The position numbers were made by a program, and so were the translations under genes. Shown here piece by piece: positions 13,092 to 24,029 of a stretch of DNA of 64,000 bases (position 1 is the first letter of the stretch; every line of letters starts with the position of its first letter). A model generated the notes under the pieces. The model did not search any database. It saw only the letters and a list, made by a program, of their open reading frames with translations, and was not told where the DNA came from. The DNA is from Mytilus californianus (Eukaryota), in NCBI RefSeq assembly GCF_021869535.1, contig NW_026262582.1:5394001-5458000 (forward strand), in the 5' to 3' direction.

Positions 13092-13489
13092 CATACCTCA
13101 CTTAAACCAGTAACATACCCCACTTAAACCAGTAACATACCCCACTTAAACCAGTAACATACCCCACTTAAACAAGTAACATACCCCACTTAAACAAGTA
13201 ACATACCCCACTTAAACAAGTAACATACCCCACTTAAACAAGTAACATACCCCACTTAAACCAGTAACATACCCCACTTAAACCAGTAACATACCCCACT
13301 TAAACAAGTAACATACCCCACTTAAACAAGTAACATACCCCACTTAAACAAGTAACATACCCCACTTAAACAAGTAACATACCCCACTTAAACCAGTAAC
13401 ATACCCCACTTAAACAAGTAACATACCCCACTTAAACCAGTAACATACCCCACTTAAACCAGTAACATACCCCACTTAAACAAGTAACA
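13092..13489. repeat. 22-bp minisatellite, ~18 copies
   Basis: Unit AACATACCCCACTTAAAC(A/C)AGT. Confidence 0.97.
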
Positions 13490-13509
13490 ATTATATTGAT
13501 CTTATTCAC

Positions 13510-13865
13510 ATAATTTCCCAGTCATATATAATTACTTTATCGCGTGATGTGTTGTTTTACATCGTCGACCGATTAGTTTTAACACTAGCAAACTGTAAAC
13601 TGTGCTTCGAATCACTTATTGGCATTCAAACGTGCAATATTTGCATATTATAGATGCGTTTTGCTAGTGCATGCAACTATTACCAGAATGTAAGAAAAAC
13701 AAATTTGGTTAAGGAGACAATGTGTTATATAAATTGTTGCTATGTATTTATAATAATATTGTAGGAAACTTTATGATTTATTTTTTTACTTCTTTGTAGC
13801 TTAAACACTATCATTAGATGAAATTAAAACAAAATTGTTAAAAATCACTCAATATAAAGTTCTAA
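13510..13865 (+). other. Diverged paralogous segment (pair with 20430-20810)
   Basis: Shared CCAGTCATATA, TTACATCGTCGACCGATTAG, CGAATCA, TGCATGC, GTAAGA and AAAGTTC in colinear order. Confidence 0.75.
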
Positions 13866-14275
13866 AATGAAGGCTTTTTCGATGGCATATATTCGCTTGA
13901 ATTTGGTTTCTACTGATTAATATGTGTTAAGCCTTCTAAAAGTTTGAAAAAAAGGATTTTTAAAACATACTGTTTTCATCACACTTTGTATCGATATACA
14001 TATATAAATTATATCCAACAATGTACCAACAGAAATAACACGTTGATAAATAAAGTTTAGCTCTATCAGTAGAGTATACAAATATCCTCTCCTGGTGCAA
14101 CGTCAAAGAAAATATCCAACGATATGACTTCAAATACATCTTCGGACAAATTTAGACTGGTCTTGTGACTTTGCTGAGACATATCATATGACATAAAACA
14201 CAGCTTTATGATGTTAATTCTTCTTCGTCCTAATGTCATACTAAAACCATATTATGCTAATGAATTAAATAGTTG

Positions 14276-14503
14276 AAAAAGAGGGACGAAAGATACCAGA
14301 GGGACAGTCAAACTCATAGATCGAAAACAAACATGACAACGCCATGGCCAAAAATAAAAAGACAAACAGACAAATAATAGTAAAGATGACACAACATAGA
14401 AAACTAAAGACTAAGCAACACGAATCCCACCAAAAACTGGGGGTGATCGCAGGTGCTCCGGAAGGGTAAGCAGATCCTGCTCCACATATGGCACCCGTCG
14501 TGT
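14276..14503 (-). repeat. Well-conserved family B (PLE 3' UTR-like) copy
   Basis: AAAGAGGGACGAAAGATACCAGAGGGACAG...GGTGCTCCGGAAGGGTAAGCAGATCCTGCTCCACATATGGCACCCGTCGTG; reverse-complement match to 11180-11398. Confidence 0.8.
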
Positions 14504-14807
14504 GTTCATTTGTTTCTAGTATCTGTTTACAAGAATTTGGTGAATCGGCACTGGTAGGAAAGGTAGATTAAAGAGACTGCGCCTATTTCCACCGAATTTG
14601 TCTCATTTACAATGTTGAATTCTTCAAGTTTCAAATCTTTCTGAAATTAGAATATTAAAGAGTCTATATTATCATTATAGTTAAAAAAAATCAGCAATTT
14701 TACAAACATGTATAACTATTTACATGAAATTAAAATAACGTTAAACGTTAAATGTTGTTTTCGAATGTGTTTTTCTTACATTTATATAAACACCTGATAG
14801 ATACCAG

Positions 14808-14848
14808 GACGAGCGTTTCGTCTACAAGAGACTCGCCAGGGACGCTCT
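14808..14848 (-). ncRNA. Degenerate type I hammerhead motif (second family)
   Basis: Minus strand AGAGCGUCC CUGGCGA GUCUCUUGUAGAC GAAAC GCUC GUC. Stem II (GUCU/AGAC), GAAAC and the GUC triplet are present, but the core is CUGGCGA and the stem I 3' arm is absent. Confidence 0.55.
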
Positions 14849-16978
14849 ATTAAAAAAATGCTAAAAATCCCAAAAAAGTAGCCTTAAGCTTTGCATCGAA
14901 TTACTTCTCTAACTTGTGTTGATTCAGAAGTATCCACAACACAATGTATTACTGTCGTCCATCAAAAATGTGGTTTTGGTTAGGAAAGCCTTTCTAATAC
15001 TTTTTATATAAACACTCAAAATACGTCATAGCAGTTTTGAGCTATTTTAAGGCATGTAGAACTTGGGTTTCTATTTTTCGATTATTATTGTTAGTACCTA
15101 AAAGAACACAAATAAATATGTGATAATATGAACCAAAGTCAAGATTGAATTACTTTTTGTAAATGACACGAGCTTGAAATAGAATCAGGGGGAAATGGTC
15201 TGTTCTCTTTTTTGGATAACTATGTTGATGAAGTGAAAAAAACATAGAGGTACTATAAAAATATCTGTAATTTTTATTCCGACATATGCATGTAGTATTC
15301 CCAGTTGTATATCGTTCCTAAGACTATCTTCAGACACAAACGTAGCTATCCTTACTTTAAGATAAATTTTAGGTTATATCTTATTTTAGACGTCTTTGCG
15401 TGTTTGTCCTCATCGCGATCCACATTTCCATATTTGAGCACTGTTATTTTGTTTAAAAATCAATGACATCGATTGAGAATTAAAAACTATACTCTTACTT
15501 TGTCAAATATGTAAATTCATTTGTGTCTTTTTTTCCTCCAAAAATGCATACAAAATACATTTTATAATTTCTGCAGAAATAAAAGAAAGCCACAAAACAG
15601 ACCATTTGTATTCTGAATTCTTTATTTTTATTTTGAATACAACCATATATAATCTAAAATGTTGTCGGGCAGAATACCCAATTGCAACCTGACTGCGGGA
15701 AGATAATTTGTTTTTAGTTCTCAACATTCAACCATAAAAGGCAAATTTTTAGTTGTTAGTTTGTACGTTCGTAATTTCTTTTCCTGAATATAAAACTTCG
15801 TCAATAGCGCGGCACTCTTTATATTATTTGTTTCTTAACACCACCAAACATTATTCGAATTTACTTCTGGCCATATCTTGTGCATTGGTATAATTTTCTA
15901 AAAATAAATCATATCGATACATAATTTCCTTTTCGTGTCAAGCATGAACTTTTTTCGTTCATTCCAGTAATTCCACGTGCTTTTATTTGCGCTTAATACA
16001 ACATGTACTTAGAGGGTACATTCGGTATTAAGTTTCGCCACGCAGAAGTAGTCTACATCACGTTTGTTGCTTTATCTGTCAATACTCGATGAGGTAAATA
16101 TAGCAATCTTCTCATGTTCGCTTGCATACAAGTTACTTGCTTCTTATTCATAGTATACATGTGATATATACAATTCATATGAAATTAAATCGTAGCAAAA
16201 TGAAACGACTCAATACTAAATATTACGTTTTCCATAATTCCTAAAGGAAAGACAACATCTATTTCATGACGAAAAATTGTTGATAGATATACAATAAACT
16301 CATTATTCATTTGACTTTGAATAACCTTGACTTAATCTACTAGAAATACAGATCGTGTGTCCAAGCTTTGCTTGCAAGGATTTGACAACACTCCGCTTTA
16401 ATTTCTGATCTGGTAATTATTACATCAGCCTATGAAAGGCGTAAGTTCTGTAGTGGCCATATTTGGCCCCAATTTTTAAATTCAATGTTTCAAGATAAAA
16501 AAATGTGTTAAGTTGACGAAAAGACATGTGAAAAAGTTAAATAGAAATATTTTTGTCAAAGTTTTATTTTAAAGCGTTGATTTTAACAGAGATCTTTTCG
16601 AAATTAGACAAAATTGTCTGGATTTCAACCAAATTAAGGCCTAGGAAACATAGAACACAGGCGTCGACAAACTAAATATTCAAGTCATATATGTAAAATG
16701 TCATAACAAACATTTTTTATGAGATCTTTTATGTCAACGCATGCGCTCTATGTTTCCTGTCTAAAAAATCAATGTAAATTTACCCGTTTTCATCGAATTT
16801 TCGCCAAAAATTTACATAAGTGCTATTTGTGACGTCATGAATAGAACGCACGAACCTAATTATTTTAACATAAAAAGACATATGCCCTATTTATACATTG
16901 TATTAGCTATGATTCATTGTGACATTGGTCAATAAATCCTAATTTCAAATTTAAGCTAGAATGTTAATGCCTTATCGA

Positions 16979-17098
16979 AAAAAGTAAGATCACAAAAATA
17001 CTGAACTCCGAGGAAAATTCAAAAAGGAAAGTCCCCAATCAAATGGCAAAATCGAAAGCTCAAACACATCAAACGAATGGATAACAACTGTCATTTTT
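16979..17098 (+). repeat. Dispersed family D fragment
   Basis: AAAAGTAAGATCACAAAAATACTGAACTCCGAGGAAAATTC...; inverted copy at 17614-17735. Confidence 0.8.
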
Positions 17099-17344
17099 CA
17101 GCTGTAATACTTTGAACGACAAAATTATTTTATTTTATTAATATTACTTTTACTGTTAAGTCTGTTTTTTGTGATATCCATTTGACTTGACTCTGTACTT
17201 ACGTATCCCGTCATACTTTGAACGACAAAATTATTTCATATCTACCTGTGTGACGTCAAACGCGCGATTCTACGCCAGTACTAAAAACCTTCCATCCTTT
17301 ATGGGTAGATTTTACATAGACAAATAAAATCGTATAAATAAAAA

Positions 17345-17735
17345 AGCAAAATGAGGATGTTAAATTTGATGTATGCTTTTTGTACTTCTTTGTTACATTT
17401 GTTTGTTTTTATAGTGATTAAGATGATAACACAATGTTGACTGCTGTACCCCTATTTTTGACATTTTTATCTTTTGTTTCTGTTTGTTTTGTTCACGCAT
17501 CTTTGTCAATATAATGGAATTTGATGCGACTGTCATACAAGTCAGAGGTTTAGCTAGCTATAAAACCAGATTCAATCCACCATTTGTTACATAAGAAAAT
17601 GACTGTACCACGTCAGGAATATGACAATTGTTATCCATTCGTTTGATGTGTTTGAACATTTGAATTTGCCATTTGATAAGGGACTTTCCTTTTGAATTTT
17701 CCTCGGAGTTCAGTATTTTTGTGATTTTACTTTTG
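17345..17735 (-). repeat. Dispersed family D copy
   Basis: Contains the reverse complement of 16979-17098 and matches 28090-28305. Confidence 0.75.
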
Positions 17736-19059
17736 AAGGTGTGCATTAATCCGACAAAACTAGGAGATCTCGAAAAATCTTTGAAACAGAAAAAGAACGG
17801 AGTTTTTTTCAAATCCTTGTAAGCAAAGCTTGGACACAGGCTTTGTATTTTGATTATTTTGGCAATGACTGTTATTTCTTTTTTATGATTAATTCCCCAT
17901 CAGGTTACAAATTCCGACTATCTAAATGTGATTTAAAGGAGATGTGGGGTATGCCCAGACGATACAGCAACCCAAAAACGCATACACCAAAGATCAGTCT
18001 ACGGTCTTCAATAAAATACAGACGTTTATACAATATACAAAGCTCTAAATCGTTAAGAGTCTATTATCTATTGTCTAGTTGTGAAATAAATTTAACAAAA
18101 TGTTAAAGATATACTTAAGTTGGGAAAACAACACATATTTTGATATGACACAACACAATCACAAACGAGTGTGTTGACTTTGGACGGGCACATGGTTATG
18201 TGGCGGCCTTTATACAAGTACTCATTTCATATTTCATATTCAACTTCGAATCGTATTTGGCATTTTTATTTGTTTTGTTTCAGGTGTCACTGATGAGTTT
18301 TCCATCTGAATATTAGTCAATAAATACTAGTTGAAGGCAGCACCCACAATACTCAACTTAATTCGTTTGTTTTAAGGACAAAGGAGAATAGTTTGTTTGC
18401 TGTAATGTACAAGTATGCCTTAATTTCAAATAGAGTATTATATAATGTGCATGTGTAACAAATTATCTGATTATTAACAAATACATGACTTATCAACTTC
18501 TATAATATTTCTTATCGCTGTTGTTTGACCGTGACAAAGATTAGCGTCAATAAATTAATCAAAATCTTCTTTTTTCAACGATATTGTTATTGTTTAAAAT
18601 ACTATTCATTATGTAATGAATAATTCAAGAATTTTTTGCATTCATCACGAGTTCGGTAAATAATGGGTTTAGCTTTTTTCGAGATATGGAAGTGTAATTA
18701 ATTTGTTCGAAAATCATTGGAACTTACTAGAAATCTTCGACAAAGTAAAACATCTTTGATTGTTATAAAATACCTATTTACCTTACCAGCGATATGGCGA
18801 TCGCTATTTTTTCTAAATATCTTAACATGTCGACTTTAACTATCTATACTCAACTATGTTCAAGACTTTCTTGTAAATTGAATTCATTAATGAGACTTCG
18901 TATTCTGTACATTCATGAAGTCAATATAGAATACACCAGTGTGTTGTGCTCGTAAATTAACCTACATACTCAAGTTGAAAACGAATAAATATCTGTATAG
19001 TTCGTCATTATTCTTAATTACTAGTAAATTAATTCTGATCTGAAACGGTCAGTTTGACC

Positions 19060-19190
19060 TGAATAGCTCTTAGAAGACTGAACAATTAATTCTCAAATGT
19101 CATTTTCAGTCTTTCAGTAATGTTCAGACAATTTGCATGCATTCAATTAAGATCTGTTCAGTCTTTTGTCAGATTAATATATCTATATAG
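19060..19190. repeat. Dispersed repeat shared with 63845-63985
   Basis: ACTGAACAAT...TTTTCAGT...ATGTTCAGAC...AATTAAGATC.GTTCAGTCT is colinear in both places. Confidence 0.65.
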
Positions 19191-19467
19191 TATTCTTTAA
19201 TCAGTAGTTGTTATTAACCTGTACATAACCAAATCACAATGAATTGCTTGATGAGCAGAACAGTACTAAATGGCCTGAAAGCGAAAGGTTTGAACTGTAC
19301 TGAATTTAAATTGATGCCGTAAGCCTGGCTCGCTCGACAGTTCTTCTTTCAATGTATCCGAAACTCCTAATCCGAATAGTAAAAATGGACACCTTTAGTT
19401 CATGGAGCAGTAGTCTTAGGAGACGTTAAACAGGAAGAAAGAGGAATTGCGTAAACTCTTACTTTAA

Positions 19468-20090
19468 AAAGGTGTAGAATATACCAAGGGACATTTAAAG
19501 TTCATACGTCAAAGAAATAAATCAATCGACGAAGAGACAAACAAATCCTTTTTTTTTTTTAGAAAACCAAATACAATGTAAAATAAACCTTCACAAAAAC
19601 CGAAGATGATCTCCGGTGCTCCGGTAGGTAGAGCAGATCTAGATTAATATGCGGCGTCCGCCATGTTGCTCTTGCTAAGTATACAAATTCGGGGATGTCA
19701 TAATCAAGGAAACGGGGAATGTGGTTACGACAATTGATTCATTGGTTGATTGATTGGTGTGTAACGCCACTTTCAGCACTATTGTGCTATTCCGTGGTGG
19801 TCAGTTTATTGGTGGCCAGAGTGCACTGAGAGAACCACCGACCTTCAGTAGGAAAACTGACAATCTTTGTGATTTAAAATTAGAGTCGAACGCACCTGCC
19901 ACGTTACGACAATTGAAACATATTCGGGGTACTGTGTGAGACAGATGTTCAATCTTGGGCAACCACCTCGTAATGGCGTCCGTAAAACTTTCGAAGGAAT
20001 GACTTCAACTTGACCACTTGAAAACCTAGGTTCAATAACTTGTATGCTGCTACCCTCTATTGACAATATTCATGATAAGAAACGCAACCT
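19468..20090 (-). mobile_element. Penelope-like remnant interrupted by a SINE
   Basis: Minus-strand 20090-19935 encodes KLLNLGFQVVKLKSFLRKFYGRHYEVV; family B UTR at 19468-19737. Confidence 0.7.
19738..19902 (-). mobile_element. 5'-truncated SINE with 14-bp TSD
   Basis: GTTACGACAATTGA at 19724-19737 and 19903-19916; body matches the SINEs at 21116 and 61222; (AATC)n-type tail. Confidence 0.85.
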
Positions 20091-20429
20091 GTGGGTTATC
20101 GTTATTACTATAATATATATTATTATATGTTATTTGATCCGGACTTGTCATTGTCATTAATGTTTATAGTTTTCGAAGGTATTTATTTTCGCTTAACTTG
20201 TTTTTGTTTTTCATAATAAAACAAAATATCATTAAATAAACGAAAATAAATAAACATAATATATGTATTGATTAAAGAAGAAAAGATTCTTCAGATATAA
20301 CTGATAGCTTTATTATCGTGTGTTTCCTTTCCGGCAACATATGACATGTTTCTCTAACGAAAAAAGTAGTTTTGGACTTTTTCCTAATAAACATTGTATC
20401 TTATATCAAATGTTATAGTGATAATATTC

Positions 20430-20810
20430 CCGTAATCTACCAGTCATATACAGTTACTGTAATTGCCTTGTGTGCTCAGTTACATCGTCGACCGATTAGC
20501 TTTAATACTGGCAAATCTATATAATGCCTCGAATCATTTATTGACATTTACAAAATGATTTAAGCGTAACATATGTAATAGCTTCGGATAAATGTTTTTT
20601 TTCAATGCATGCTGGTATCAACAGAAGGTAAGAATACATTTTTATTTTAAAGGAAACAATATGATGTTAATAATTTTCAGATGTTTTCAAAGTACAAATT
20701 GTTTCATAAAAATATTACTTGACAATTTGTCTGTTTTTTGTAGTTTTAAAAGTTAACTTTTGAGGAAATGATAAAATTATTTAGAAAAACATTCAACGTA
20801 AAGTTCCTCA
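20430..20810 (+). other. Diverged paralogous segment (pair with 13510-13865)
   Basis: Same colinear motifs as the 13510-13865 segment. Confidence 0.75.
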
Positions 20811-20935
20811 TCTCTTTCATGAACTATTTAGAAAATCCACCTAAAGTTCCTCTCGTTCATGAACTATTGAGAAAATCAACGTAAGGTTCCACTCTTTCAT
20901 GAATTATTTAAAAAATCGACGTATAGTTCCCCTAT
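20800..20935. repeat. Degenerate ~38-bp tandem repeat, ~3.5 copies
   Basis: AAAGTTCCTCTCTTTCATGAACTATTTAGAAAATCAAC-like units. Confidence 0.7.
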
Positions 20936-21115
20936 TTCAAACCCCCTTGAATAATAATATAAAAGAATTTTTATCATATTCTTTATCCTTTTGTTCAACA
21001 ATTTAACATACATGTATTTCCATGAAATGAAAATATCATTTATGGTAGATGTAACTGTTGAAGGCATTTTTATTCATCATTGGTTTTATATATGCTTGTA
21101 AAATTTTGCGTTGAA

Positions 21116-21354
21116 AGATTGATTGATTGATTGATTGTTGTGTAACGCCACTTTCAGCACTATTGTGCTATTTCGTGGCGGTCAGTTTTTGTTGGTGGGG
21201 AAAGCCGGAATGCCCGGTACGAAAACTGATATTCCCAGTCAGCTAAGATTGGAGTCCAACTGTCAACCTCAGTGTTGACAGGCTAGTGATACATTAGTTT
21301 GACTACTTAAACCACTCGGCCACCGAGCTTCAAAAATCACCCCCCCCCCCCCCC
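21116..21354 (-). mobile_element. tRNA-derived SINE (V-SINE/RUDI-like) with 12-bp TSD
   Basis: TTTTGCGTTGAA at 21104-21115 and 21355-21366; A-box-like GGTGGCCGAGTGG head; central CCGGCTTTCCCCACC segment; (AATC)n tail. The family name is my recollection. Confidence 0.85.
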
Positions 21355-21878
21355 TTTTGCGTTGAAGGAAATCTCTCACCAAATTTGACATGGCCCCTTG
21401 TATCCTTCTTCCATTAAAAGAAAACGTAAATATAAAAATACTGTTTACGTCTTGTTCGCTATTTATATTTCAGCAGTGTCTTTACTTTAAAAATCAATAC
21501 CTTCGATTTGGAATTAAAATTGTTAATATTAAATTCCAGGATGAAATAACAATAATATAAAATTGTCGAAAAATATCAATTATTGTGTTCTCTCCTTTCT
21601 TCGTGTTTATGAAGAACATGCAAATGGATTTCATATTTTCAACGATGTACCTCTGATTTACATGTATTCAATATTTTTCTGATCTATTCCACAATTTGTA
21701 AATCTATACTTTCACAACAGCCAGATCATTTTGATTATCACTTTAATACATTGCATATCTGCACAAATAACAGGGGGGAACATAAGTATACTGCTAGGAA
21801 ACATCAATCTAACGACACAAACATTGAAAGACATTTTGAGTTCAACACAAGGTTTTCAACTATTGTATGACCCCTTTT

Positions 21879-22480
21879 TACGGTGTATATTTCTTAACTC
21901 ATTTGATATGTTCGTGTACGTAATAATGTATACGATTTAAATGAACGCAATCTTTGAATAAATCGGGAATTGCATTACCACGAATTACTTAAAACTTTTA
22001 TACAATTCTTTCATATAGACATGGATTTGGTTTTGAAGTCTGGCTGTTGAATTCTTTTGAAAAAAATATCACATTCTAATTTTTACGGAAACGTTGTTTA
22101 TAAGGCCAGAAAATTTAGATACGATTCATGTAAACTCATTTATCGTTTGAATGAACTTATTCTTAAAGGGCATAAAGTTAGCACCATTGGACATGTAAGT
22201 TCTTTCAATATTCATTTATCGGTACTAACATTGATTTTGTTTTTGACAATTATGAAAACTTATTATCCTACATTCTGTTGATAAAATGTACAATATAATG
22301 TATTCATATTTTGGCATTGCACGAGGTCATACTTTTCTCAGATTGTTTATGACAGCTTTACACTTATTTTGTTGGATGTGTACTAATTGATACTTATGTC
22401 TTGAGAACTTTATGTATTTATTAGTTGTGATTTGCTTTTAAATAGCTTTCAGAAACTGCAAGTACTCTTAGATATGGTCT
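21879..22480 (+). mobile_element. Second Penelope-like family remnant (decayed RT C-terminus + UTR)
   Basis: With frameshifts it reads YGVY(I)S*LI*YVRVRNNVYDLNERNL...YHELLKTF...ISHSNFYGNVVYKARKF...LNELILKGHK; the downstream UTR matches the reverse complement of 12470-12580. Confidence 0.65.
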
Positions 22481-23199
22481 TTGTCTTTGTTTATTTTAAT
22501 TGTTTTTTTTGGGGGTTTTTTGGTTTTTTGTTTTTTGTTTTTTGTTTTTTGCTTCTTTGAGTACATGTCCTTTTTTATATATACGCATGCTTATACAAAA
22601 TGTCATGATTGCATGCTCTGTAACTATTGTCCCATACGCTAGAAAATTGTAAATTAATCAAACAGAGAAAATCATATAGTCCAATAAAACTTAATTCATA
22701 AATACCCTTTACTCTATAATACGGAATTAACGAGACAAACAGAGGTACAAATTATATCATGTAAGATTGAACATAACTAGGGCAATGCACTAACAGCCTT
22801 TACATATAAGTCAGAAGTTTGTATATGAATCGAACCAGCCAACATATCAATAATCACTAAACAATCCATTCAACTATCAATTAAAACTTTTACATTTTTT
22901 TTCCTTTAAATTTCACCGTTCGCGGAGTCCGAATAGTTCGTGCGTATCGGGCATGAATATCGCCATTAAATAGACACAGTATAACATTGTTTACGAAACA
23001 AGTTTTCTTGCAACTTGAAGTGTAAACGAACTCTAACAGACCAATCACAATTTAGTATTTGTAGATATGCTTATTATATCAGAATTATTAATGATTCTAC
23101 TTTATCAAAGATTTTTTGGCAGTTTATTAAAGTTAGCTAAAAACAAGTTGATTTGATTTACAGTTTAATGTTAAATATATTCATATTTTTTATGTTTGT

Positions 23200-23345
23200 T
23201 TAGGGGCCAGCTGAAGCCCTCTTCCGGGTGTGGGATTTTCTCGCTGTGTTGAAGACCAATTGATGGTCTTGGGTTGTTTTCTGCTCTTTGGTTGGGTTGT
23301 TGCCTTTTTGACACATTCCCCATTTCTATTTTCAATTTCATTTTT
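23200..23345 (+). repeat. Probable dispersed repeat fragment (family C)
   Basis: TTAGGGGCCAGCTGAAG...TTTGACACATTCCCCATTTC; recognised from memory as a bivalve-type repeat, single copy in this window. Confidence 0.4.
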
Positions 23346-23506
23346 ATAGCAGGCGAAAATTAAAAAAAAAGATTATTTCACGATTAGAAAGATTTCAATC
23401 CTTTCGAAACTGCAATTTTAACTACAGAAACTAAAAATGATAGAACGTCGTTCTAACACTTCTAAAAGGAGAAAATATATGGTATCTGCGGCATTGCATA
23501 CATTAA

Positions 23507-23715
23507 GGGGGCCTCGATTGGGTTATTAATAAGCAATAGGCAAAAAGTACAAAGTAAAGGGAAAACAAGTCAGGAATTGCAAAAAATAGACCCAACAAAA
23601 TAAAGCATACAGAATAATGAGGTGTTAGAATATAAAGAATACAGATAATGATTAAACAAAAAGAGAAAATGGCCTAAACAGAATACGAAAATGAAGGACC
23701 CCCATCTAGACCCTC
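23507..23715. mobile_element. 209-bp MITE with TTAA TSD (Kolobok-like termini)
   Basis: TTAA at 23503-23506 and 23716-23719; imperfect TIR GGGGGCCTCGATTGGG / CCCCATCTAGACCCTC; related ends at 23888, 26910 and 29241-29455. Confidence 0.6.
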
Positions 23716-24029
23716 TTAAAGAAGTGTGAGAAAAATAATGCGGAGACAAAAACAACAGAAAAATGAGTGTTGCTATTACGTATACAGCAATATTTTAAGT
23801 TCAAAATTCGAAGAAATTCGTTTTAGTTCTGATATTCTGAGGTAACTGAAGGTTTCCTGATTTTTTTAAATTTGAATAAAGATTGAAAAGGGTCTGGATT
23901 GTGTTAACAGAATAGAGATTTATAGACCAATACTAAAGAAAATGGACCAAAAAATAAAAAAATAGAGAAAAATAAGTAAAAAGGACAAAGAATAGAAAAT
24001 ACTTGGGATGTTAAAATATATTTTCTTAT

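Larger units (their letters stand above)
16341..17851. mobile_element. Non-autonomous DNA transposon-like element with ~54-bp inverted termini
   Basis: 16341-16395 is roughly 85% identical to the reverse complement of 17798-17851 (core TGTGTCCAAGCTTTGCTTRCAAGGATTTGA); no transposase ORF inside. Confidence 0.55.

Noticed and set aside
15500-15980. Possible decayed transposase coding remnant on the minus strand
   Set aside because: Peptide fragments are only vaguely suggestive; I cannot assign a family without a search.
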